From Octopus sinensis (Eukaryota), in NCBI RefSeq assembly GCF_006345805.1, contig NW_021830024.1, positions 1 to 6,303 of the forward strand: a stretch of DNA of 6,303 bases. The letters run 5' to 3'. Each line of letters opens with the position of its first letter. The stretch's first letter is position 1. Below, piece after piece: positions 1 to 6,303 of this stretch. A program made the position numbers and the translations under genes. Below the pieces are notes generated by a model, which was given only the letters and a program-made list of their open reading frames with translations, searched no databases and was not told the DNA's origin.

Positions 1-123
1 TTAATGAAATCCTAAAATACTTCTTGTAGCTGTTTCAGCCTATGGTCAAAAGTGAATCTAATTTTCATTGCCTATAGATGTCAACATACTAAGTTTGTAG
101 ACATTTAAAAAAATATAATATTT

Positions 124-197
124 ATATGTTAAAAGAACCATAGGCCTCGTCAGAGGTTATAATTAACTTTAAAAAAAATAATAATAATATTAATATA
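124..197 (+). repeat. Left copy of 74-bp direct repeat (putative target-site duplication of SINE copy 1)
   Basis: Matches 601-674 at 71/74 positions by manual alignment and directly abuts the SINE 5' end. Confidence 0.88.
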
Positions 198-600
198 GGC
201 GCAGGAGTGGCTGTGTGGTAAGTAGCTTGCTAAACAACCACATGGTTCTGGGTTCAGTTCCACTGCGTGGCATCTTGGGCAAGTGTCTTCTGCTATAGCC
301 CCGGGCCGACCAATGCCTTGTGAGTGGATTTGGAAGACGGAAACTGAAAGAAGCCTGTCGTATATATGTATATATATATATATGTATGCGTGTGTGTTTG
401 TGTGTCTGTGTTTATCCCCCTAGCATTGCTTGACAACCGATGCTGGTGTGTTTACATCCCCGTCACTTAGCGGTTCGGCAAAAGAGACTGATAGAATAAG
501 TACTGGGCTTACAAAGAATAAGTCCAGGGGTCGATTTGCTCGACTGAAGGCGGTGCTCCAGCATGGCCGCAGTCAAATGACTGAAACAGGTAAAAGAGTA
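198..600 (+). mobile_element. Full-length tRNA-derived SINE, family A, copy 1
   Basis: Pol III A box TGGCTGTGTGG (208-218) and B box GGTTCAGTTCC (251-261); internal (TA)n/(TG)n tract; 3' tail GTAAAAGAGTA; near-identical copies at 1085, 2865 and 5661(-); flanked by a 74-bp direct repeat. Confidence 0.9.
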
Positions 601-674
601 ATATGTTAAAAGAACTATAGGCCTCGTCAGAGGTTATAATTAACTTTAAAAATATTAATAATAATATTAATATA
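601..674 (+). repeat. Right copy of 74-bp direct repeat (putative TSD)
   Basis: Starts immediately after the SINE tail; ATATGTTAAAAGAAC...ATTAATATA repeats 124-197. Confidence 0.88.
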
Positions 675-980
675 CTAAACAGGCTAATACCTAATTTTGG
701 CATTGAGTGTTATACAAATGCCAGAACTGGATGTCATTGCATTATACCAAAGGTACCATCCACTCTGTCTAAATTTATGACCAGGTACTGCAATAGTCTA
801 GGGCTCAAAAGCCCACGGTGCTTCAATGCCATTCAATAAAAATTAAGAAATCTGCATAAGGTGGAAGTAGATGTGCTCAAAAAGGAACTAGACACCTTCC
901 TCTCCACAATACCGGATGAACTAACAGCTCAACATGAGGTGCAGACGAGGGGAGAGGAATCAAACAACAGCTGGGACAAA
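672..980 (+). pseudogene. Decayed 3' fragment of a LINE ORF2 (CR1/L2-group-like C-terminus)
   Basis: One frame reads ILNRLIPNFGIECYTNARTGCHCIIPKVPSTLSKFMTRYCNSLGLKSPRCFNAIQ*KLRNLHKVEVDVLKKELDTFLSTIPDELTAQHEVQTRGEESNN with a stop at 837-839. It resembles the recalled invertebrate CR1-type C-terminal pattern GLVPN...GPRLFNxLP..RN...FKxxLDxFLxxIPDEP...SNS. Confidence 0.72.
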
Positions 981-1022
981 GGAACATACAGGAGTGGTGA
1001 TGTGAATCACCCCAGACATATA

Positions 1023-1073
1023 TACTCTTTTACTTGTTTCAGTCATTTGACTGCGGCCATGCTGGAGCACCAC
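1023..1073 (-). mobile_element. 3'-terminal fragment of SINE family A, inverted
   Basis: 1023-1071 is the reverse complement of the SINE 3' end GGTGCTCCAGCATGGCCGCAGTCAAATGACTGAAACAAGTAAAAGAGTA. Confidence 0.88.
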
Positions 1074-1084
1074 ATATTACATAT

Positions 1085-1481
1085 GTGGCTGTGTGGTAAG
1101 TAGCTTGCTAACCAACCACTTGGTTCCGGGTTTAGTTCCACTGCGTGGCATCTTGGGCAAGTGTCTTCTGCTATATCCCCGGGCTGACCAATGCTTTGTG
1201 AGTGGATTTGGTAGACGGAAACTGAAAGAAGCCTGTCGTATATATGTTATATATATATATATGCATGTGTGTCTGTATTTGTCCCCCTAGCATTGCTTGG
1301 CAACCGATGCTGGTGTGTTTACGTCCCCGTCACTTAGCGGTTCAGCAAAAGAGACCTATAGAATAAGTACTGGGCTTAGAAAGAATAAGTCCTGGTGTCG
1401 ATTTGATCGACTAAAGGCGGTGCTCCAGCATGGCCGCAGTGAAATGACTGAAACAAGTAAAAGAGTAAAAGAGTAAAAGAG
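1085..1481 (+). mobile_element. SINE family A, copy 2 (lacks the first ~9 nt)
   Basis: Colinear with 198-600 from GTGGCTGTGTGGTAAG; tail (GTAAAAGA)x3. Confidence 0.9.
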
Positions 1482-1521
1482 CATGTATGTATGTATGTAT
1501 GCATGTATGTGTATGTGTGTG
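1482..1521 (+). repeat. (ATGT)n/(GT)n microsatellite; duplicated at about 2269-2308
   Basis: CATGTATGTATGTATGTATGCATGTATGTGTATGTGTGTG read directly. Confidence 0.85.
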
Positions 1522-1871
1522 TTTCCAATATGCATGCATTTTTCATGCTATAATGGCCGGGGTTGGGCATTGTTTTTTAGGATTTTCTTAGTCATTTAGT
1601 TCCGTTTTGTTCCCTCACAATACTATTGGTGCCTTTGTCTTCACAGCTGGATACTTTTTCCCAACCTCGTCCCTCCCCCCATCCCTCTCCTCCCACACCA
1701 CCTCTCTCCTCCCGCCATGCTTTCTCTATCTCTCCCCCTGCCTGAAACCGCTCGACTGTGAAGTCACATTGAAAGTTGTTGAGGCCCTAGATGAAGGGTG
1801 CAGACATAATATAACTACGGGGGACCCAGATAGAAGTAGAGCTCACACTGAGACACACAGACACACCTATA

Positions 1872-2025
1872 AACACAGGAATAGCTGTGTGGTTAAGAAG
1901 CTTGCTTCTAAACCATATGGTCTTGGGTTCAGTCCTACTGCGCTGCACCATCAACAAATATCTTCTACAATAGGGATATTCTCAGCAAAGCTGATAAGTG
2001 GATTTGGTAAATGGAAAGATGCCTA
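1872..2025 (+). mobile_element. Diverged (older) 5' half of a family-A-related SINE
   Basis: CAGGAATAGCTGTGTGGTTAAGAAGCTTGC...GGGTTCAGTCC...AGTGGATTTGGTA aligns to the SINE head with many substitutions. Confidence 0.75.
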
Positions 2026-2043
2026 TAAATATATTATATATAT

Positions 2044-2268
2044 ATGCATGTGTGTCTGTATTTGTCCCCTAGCTAGCATTGCTTGGCAACCGATGCTGGT
2101 GTGTTTACGTCCCCGTCACTTAGCGGTTCAGCAAAAGAGACCTATAGAATAAGTACTGGGCTTGAAAGAATAAGTCCCCGGTGTCGATTTGATCGACTAA
2201 AGGCGGTGCTCCAGCATGGCCGCAGTGAAATGACTGAAACAAGTAAAAGAGTAAAAGAGTAAAAGAGC
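2044..2268 (+). mobile_element. 3' half of SINE copy 2, duplicated
   Basis: Near-identical to 1261-1481, including copy-specific variants (GCTTGGCAAC, CAGTGAAATG). Confidence 0.88.
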
Positions 2269-2661
2269 ATGTATGTATGTATGTATGCATGTATGTGTAT
2301 GTGTGTGTTTCCAATATGCATGCTTTTTTCATGCTATAATGGCCGGGTTGGGCATTGTTTTTTAGGATTTTCTTAGTCATTTAGTTCCGTTTTGGTTCCC
2401 TCACAATACTATTGGTGCCTTGTCTTCACAGCTGGATACTTTTTCCCACCCGTCCCTCCCCCCATCCCTCTCCTCCCTCTCCTCCCACCACCTCTCTCCT
2501 CCCGCCATGCTTTCTCTATCTCTCCCCCTGCCTGAAACCGCTCGACTGTGAAGTCAACATTGAAAGTTGTTGAGGCCCTAGATGAAGGGTGCAGACATAA
2601 TATAACTACGGGGGACCCAGATAGAAGTAGAGCTCACACTGAGACACACCGACACACCTAT

Positions 2662-2813
2662 AAACCCAGGAATAGCTGATGTGTTAAGAAGCTTGCTTCA
2701 AAACCAATGGTCTTGGGTCAGTCCTACTGCGCTGCACCATCACAAAATATCTTCTACAATAGGGATATTCTCAGCAAAGCTGATAAGTGGATTTGGTAAA
2801 TGGAAAGATGCCT
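2662..2813 (+). mobile_element. Duplicate of the diverged SINE 5' half
   Basis: Matches 1872-2025 apart from small indels. Confidence 0.72.
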
Positions 2814-2831
2814 ATAAAATCTATATATATC

Positions 2832-2864
<33 letters not shown>

Positions 2865-3027
2865 GGCGCAGGAGTGGCTGTGTGGTAAGTAGCTTGCTAA
2901 CTAGCCACATGGTTCTGGGTTCAGTCCCACTGCGTGGCACCTTGGGCAAATATCTTCTACTATAGCCTCGGGCCGACCAAAGCCTTGTGAGTGGATTTGG
3001 TAAACGGAAACTGAAAAGAAGCCTGTC

Positions 3028-3076
<49 letters not shown>

Positions 3077-3155
3077 GGTCCCGGGTTGAGTCGGGGTTAA
3101 CCACAGTAAATAAGGTACTCAATACATAGCAGAGTAAATTAATTTATTTTATAGA

Positions 3156-3213
3156 AGGAGCTTCTACAAGGACTAGAACTGTTTCATTCAAATGAAATCA
3201 TCAGGAAGCTCCT
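3156..3213 (-). ncRNA. Type I hammerhead ribozyme motif (minus strand)
   Basis: AGGAGCUUC-CUGAUGA-UUUCAUUUGAAU-GAAA-CAG UUCUAGUCC UUG-UA^GAAGCUCCU. Perfect 9-bp stem I, intact core, GUA triplet with predicted cleavage between 3165 and 3164. The first pair of stem II is a non-canonical U.U. Confidence 0.72.
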
Positions 3214-3258
3214 GATGATTCATTTGAATGAAACAGTTCTAGTCCTGTAGAAGCTCCT
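3203..3258 (+). ncRNA. Type I hammerhead ribozyme motif (plus-strand mirror copy)
   Basis: AGGAAGCUC-CUGAUGA(3212-3218)-UUCAUUUGAAU-GAAA(3230-3233)-CAG UUCUAGUC CUG-UA^GAAGCUCCU. Stem III is perfect; stem I is bulged. Confidence 0.55.
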
Positions 3259-3268
3259 TCTATAAATA

Positions 3269-3302
<34 letters not shown>

Positions 3303-3531
3303 TTGTGTGCCTGTGTTTGTCCCCCTAGCATTGCTTGACAACCGATGCTGGTGTGTTTACGTCCCCGTCACCTAGCGGTTCGGCAAAAGAAACCGATAGA
3401 ATAAGTACTGGGCTTACAAAAAGAATAAGTCCCGGGGTCGAGTTGCTCGATTAAAGGCGGTGCTCCAGCATGGCCACAGTCAAATGACTGAAACAAGTAA
3501 AAGAGTAAAAGAGTAAAGAGTCTATATATAT

Positions 3532-3681
3532 AGGAGTAGCTATATATAGCCACTCCTATACATAGCTCCAGGTTCAGTCTCACTGTGTGGCATCCTGCGC
3601 AAGTGTCTCCTAGTATAGCCTTGGGCCAACCAAAGCCTTGTGAGTGGATGTGGTAGATGGAAACTGAAAAGAAGCCAGTCG
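3532..3681 (+). mobile_element. 5' half of a family-A SINE with a rearranged head
   Basis: GGTTCAGTCTCACTGTGTGGCATC...AAAGCCTTGTGAGTGGATG...GAAACTGAAAAGAAGCC aligns to SINE A; it is followed by (TA)/(TG) but has no 3' half. Confidence 0.8.
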
Positions 3682-3712
3682 TATATATATATATGTATGT
3701 GTGTGTATGTCT

Positions 3713-3860
3713 TTACTTTCTGAGTTCAAATTGTGTTGGGGTTGACTTTGCCTTTCAGTCTTTCGGGGTCGATAAATTAAGTACCAGTGATACACTGGGG
3801 TTGATGTAATCGACTGATACTCTCCTCCAAAATTTCCGGCCTGATGCCTTTAGACAAAGG
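3713..3860 (+). mobile_element. 5'-truncated SINE of a second family with (ATT)n tail
   Basis: B-box-like GAGTTCAAATT followed by GACTTTGCCTTTCAGTCTTTCGGGGTCGATAAATTAAGTACCAG, which resembles a recalled conserved metazoan SINE central motif; it runs into (ATT)n at 3861. Confidence 0.6.
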
Positions 3861-3994
3861 ATTATTATTATTATTGTTACTGTTATTATCATTATTATTA
3901 TTTTCTTGTTATTGTTGTTGCTCTTCTTCTTCTTTCCTTTCTTCTTTTTCTTCTTCTTCTTCTTTTTCTTCTTCTTCTTCTTCTTCTTCTTCTT

Positions 3995-4053
<59 letters not shown>

Positions 4054-4077
4054 CATTATTATTATTATTATTATTAT
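3861..4077 (+). repeat. Compound trinucleotide microsatellite (ATT)n-(TTG)n-(TTC)n-(TTA)n
   Basis: Read directly; it explains the low-complexity ORFs 3844-4095 and 3906-4154. Confidence 0.97.
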
Positions 4078-4259
4078 TGTTTCTTTTGCAGATAATTTAC
4101 CACTTGGAGGAGAAAAGAAGAGGTTTTTTCAAGATACCTGGAATATTTATTTAACTACCTGAAATGGTAATTCTTTCTGTAAGGCAGGAATTCCCATAAC
4201 AACACCTTATAAGGAAAAGCATTAAGCGGAAATAAATTATAACATAGAGCTGTGTAAAT

Positions 4260-4597
4260 TATCCACGTGGAAACATAGGTATCTGGATTTCCGCATGGAG
4301 ATGTAGCTGTTTACATATTTTCTTGGATTTATTGCTGTCTAAACAACCACATGGAGAAAAGGGCGTCTGTACTGCTACATGGAGATGTACATCTGCAAAT
4401 ATCCACATGGAGGAAAAGGTGTCTCCTACTTCTACATGGAGATGTACATCTCCGAATATCCACATGGAGACATGGATGTCTACATTCTTACACTGAATGG
4501 AAGCCGTATAAATATCCACATGGAGACATGGGTGTCTATATTTCCACATGAAAACGTAGGTATCTAAATATCCCACATGGGAACATGGGTGTCTATA
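4260..4597. repeat. Degenerate 28-bp minisatellite, ~12 units, consensus about TATCCACATGGAGACATGGGTGTCTACA
   Basis: Core CATGG or a variant at 4266, 4294, 4322, 4350, 4378, 4406, 4435, 4463, 4491, 4519, 4547 and 4576. Confidence 0.85.
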
Positions 4598-4717
4598 TTG
4601 AGTGGGGTCGAGGAGATGGATTGTAACAAGTCTTAGACTCCACCTTCCCTCCTGACCCAAAAGTTAAAAAAAATATTTTAATTTCAACCAATTTATTATG
4701 ATTGAAATTAGTAAGGC

Positions 4718-4965
4718 CAGTGGTTCTTAAGTGGGTTCCACGTGGTCCCTGAAGGTCCATATAAAATTCTTGTGGGGTCCACGCAACAAAATAGCAAATT
4801 GGGGACCCACAGTAGTATTGTAAGGGTCTCTGAAAAAATTTTGCTTTAGATGTATGTATTGGTCTTTATAGTAAGAAACAGGTGGGTTCCTTTCTCTAAC
4901 ATTTTCTAAAGTTCAACCTACAAAAGTTAATGTATGGAAAACAAAAATAGGAATTTTGAAAGAAG
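4718..4965 (+). mobile_element. Possible left part of a hAT/Charlie-type non-autonomous DNA transposon
   Basis: Begins CAGTGGTTCTTAA, resembling the Charlie-type terminus CAGTGGTTCTCAA, with repeated GG(G)TCC subterminal motifs. No matching right TIR is seen and the right boundary is uncertain. Confidence 0.42.
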
Positions 4966-5003
4966 TGCCTGAGCAACAGGGCTAGAGCCCATCTTTTTTT
5001 AAA

Positions 5004-5019
5004 AATAATAATGATGATG

Positions 5020-5063
<44 letters not shown>

Positions 5064-5079
5064 CATCATCATCATCATC
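5004..5079 (+). repeat. (AAT)n/(GAT)n/(CAT)n microsatellite
   Basis: Read directly. Confidence 0.95.
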
Positions 5080-5299
5080 GTTTAGTGTCCGCTTTCTATG
5101 CTAGCATGGGTTGGACGGTTCAACTGGGGTCTGCGAAACCAGGAGGCTGCACCAGGCCCAGTCTGATCTGGCAATGTTTCTACGGCTGGATGCCCTTCCT
5201 AACGCCAACCACTCCATGAGTGTAGTGGGTGCTTTTTACGTGTCAGGCGAGGCTGGCAACGGCCACGATTGGATGGTGCTTTTTACGTGCCACCGGCAC
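5064..5299 (-). mobile_element. 3' portion of a third SINE/LINE-tail family with (GAT)n tail
   Basis: The minus strand reads GGTTGGCGTTAGGAAGGGCATCCAGCCGTAGAAAC...CGTCCAACCCATGCTAGCATAGAAAGCGGACACTAAAC(GAT)n, a recalled retroposon motif. It sits between AAT tracts and has an internal direct repeat GGTGCTTTTTACGTG. Confidence 0.68.
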
Positions 5300-5660
5300 A
5301 ATAATAATAATGATTTCTTTATTAACCACACGGGTTTACATTAAGAAAAACATTATTGACACAGCACAGGACAAAGCAAAGAATGTGTGCGTCTATGTGT
5401 GTGAGTGTGTGTTGTTGTGAGGGTTTTGCGCGTAAACAGGACTAGCAAAATTTTAAAAAATCAACGTATGATCCTCAATAGGGAGGAGATGATCGAGGGC
5501 TCCTCATGGAAAAACTCCACACAAAGAAAAAAAAAACCGTGGGTACCCTCACTTTTGAGGTAGGTGCCTTTTTTCTTTCCTTTTTTTAAATCTACAGGGC
5601 AGTTTTTTAAACTCAGGGCAGGCCCATTAATAATGAAGGCCTCTCCTGTCGAAGACAACA
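5300..5660 (-). mobile_element. Possible 3' UTR/end of a non-LTR retrotransposon
   Basis: The minus strand ends GGTTAATAAAGAAATC(ATT)n, i.e. a poly(A)-signal-like AATAAA just before a simple-repeat tail. No other support; the 5' extent is a guess. Confidence 0.3.
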
Positions 5661-6028
5661 TATTCTTTTATTCTTTTACTTGTTTCAGTCATTTGACTGT
5701 GGCCATGCTGGAGCACCACCTTCAGTCGAACAAATCGACCCCAGGACTTATTCTTTGTCAGCCTAGTACTTATTCTGTCGGTCTCTTTTGCCAAGCTGTT
5801 AAGTTACAGGGACGTAAACACACCAACAACGGTTGTCAAGCAATGGAAGGTGGGGGAGACACACAAAGACACATAAACAGACACACATACAACAAGCTTC
5901 TTTCAGTTTCCTTCTAACAAATTCACTGACAAGGCTTTGGTCAGCCTGAGGCTATAGTAGAAGACACTTGCCGAAGGGGTCACGCAGTGGGACTGAACCC
6001 AGAACCATGTGGTTCGTAAGCAAGCCAC
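5661..6028 (-). mobile_element. SINE family A, copy 4 (minus strand, more diverged, head damaged)
   Basis: Reverse complement of SINE A from the tail (TATTCTTTTATTCTTTTACTTGTTTCAGTC) through the B box (GGGACTGAACC) to AAGCAAGCCAC. Confidence 0.9.
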
Positions 6029-6159
6029 GAGTGTTCAGTTTTTGTTGAACAACCAGAACAAATGATTTGGTTAGATTAATCAGATGTATGTGCCGTACCT
6101 TATTAACTCACTCCCTCCATCAAATCGATGTTTCCTGAATGGATGCAGGTGTCGAAGTG

Positions 6160-6277
6160 ATCACGTGGAGGGAAGTGTTTTGCTCAAGAACACAACACCC
6201 CACCCGGCGTAGGAACTGAAACAATGATCTCGCGATTGTGGGTGCAACACCCTAATCACTAAGCCATGCGCCCTCAC
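6160..6277 (-). mobile_element. tRNA-derived head of a fourth SINE family
   Basis: The minus strand has A box TGGCTTAGTGA and B-box-like GTTTCAGTTCC, then TGTGTTCTTGAGCAAAACACTT typical of a post-tRNA SINE segment. The 3' extent is uncertain. Confidence 0.65.
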
Positions 6278-6278
6278 G

Positions 6279-6303
6279 TAATAACAATAATGATGATGAT
6301 GAT
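6279..6303 (+). repeat. (TAA)n/(TGA)n microsatellite running off the window
   Basis: Read directly. Confidence 0.8.

Larger units (their letters stand above)
1250..2820 (+). repeat. Head-to-tail tandem duplication, unit ~785 bp (A ~1250-2030; B ~2031-2820)
   Basis: ATGCATGTGTGTCTG at 1261 and 2044; both units end in GGAAAGATGCCTATAAA; the internal non-SINE sequence is repeated; the junction lies in a (TA)n tract. Confidence 0.92.
3074..3269 (-). mobile_element. Putative Penelope-like element (PLE)/retrozyme terminal fragment with inverted pLTR segment
   Basis: Absent from other SINE copies; bounded by (TA)n on both sides; contains an inverted repeat (3144-3206 / 3210-3269) with hammerhead motifs plus a ~70-bp unpaired extension. 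The PLE assignment is inferred from the known hammerhead-bearing and often inverted pLTR structure. Confidence 0.65.
2865..3521 (+). mobile_element. SINE family A, copy 3; full length but interrupted in its (TA)n tract by the 3074-3269 insert
   Basis: GGCGCAGGAGTGGCTGTGTGG start at 2865; 5' half to ~3030; 3' half resumes after (TA)/(TG) at ~3283; tail GTAAAAGAGTAAAAGAGTAAAGAG. Confidence 0.9.

Noticed and set aside
198-275. tRNA gene
   Set aside because: A and B boxes are present, but there is no convincing cloverleaf and it continues into a SINE body.
1023-1467. MITE defined by 49-bp TIRs
   Set aside because: The inverted repeats are SINE 3' tails and no DNA-transposon TSD is evident.
1781-1844. 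Possible second hammerhead relic (CTAGATGAAGGGT...ACCCAGATA...GTAGAGCTC), also present in unit B
   Set aside because: Both core boxes are broken and stem I pairs poorly. It may be an eroded PLE end, but this cannot be supported from the sequence alone.
2820-3531. TCTATATATAT as TSD of SINE copy 3
   Set aside because: Low-complexity match, separated from the SINE start by extra TA repeats; chance cannot be excluded.
509-3795. ORFs sharing peptides such as LLFYLFQSFDCGHAGAPP, suggesting a small-protein family
   Set aside because: They are translations of SINE copies and the tandem duplication, with no coding evidence.
3844-4154. Poly-S/Y/F/L ORFs
   Set aside because: Products of trinucleotide microsatellites.
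4259-4660. Repetitive ORFs or a CRISPR-like array
   Set aside because: Units are contiguous degenerate 28-mers with no constant repeat and unique spacers; the period is not a multiple of 3; the context is eukaryotic with no cas genes.
4896-5078. ORF MMMMMIIII...
   Set aside because: Translation of the (CAT)n/(AAT)n microsatellite.

Overview
AT-rich, repeat-dense eukaryotic non-coding DNA with no supportable intact protein-coding gene. The repeat families look like octopus/coleoid cephalopod SINEs; this is from recall and was not searched. The window is dominated by one ~400-bp tRNA-derived SINE family with an internal (TA)n/(TG)n tract and a (GTAAAAGA)n tail (full or partial copies on both strands). 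It also holds three other SINE-like families, a decayed LINE ORF2 3' fragment, a ~785-bp tandem duplication, a 28-bp minisatellite, a probable hAT/MITE end and many microsatellites. The most notable item is a ~196-bp insert in the (TA)n tract of one SINE (3074-3269). It contains a ~126-bp near-perfect palindrome encoding overlapping back-to-back type I hammerhead ribozyme motifs, as expected for an inverted Penelope-like element/retrozyme terminus. A second notable item is a 74-bp target-site duplication around the first SINE.
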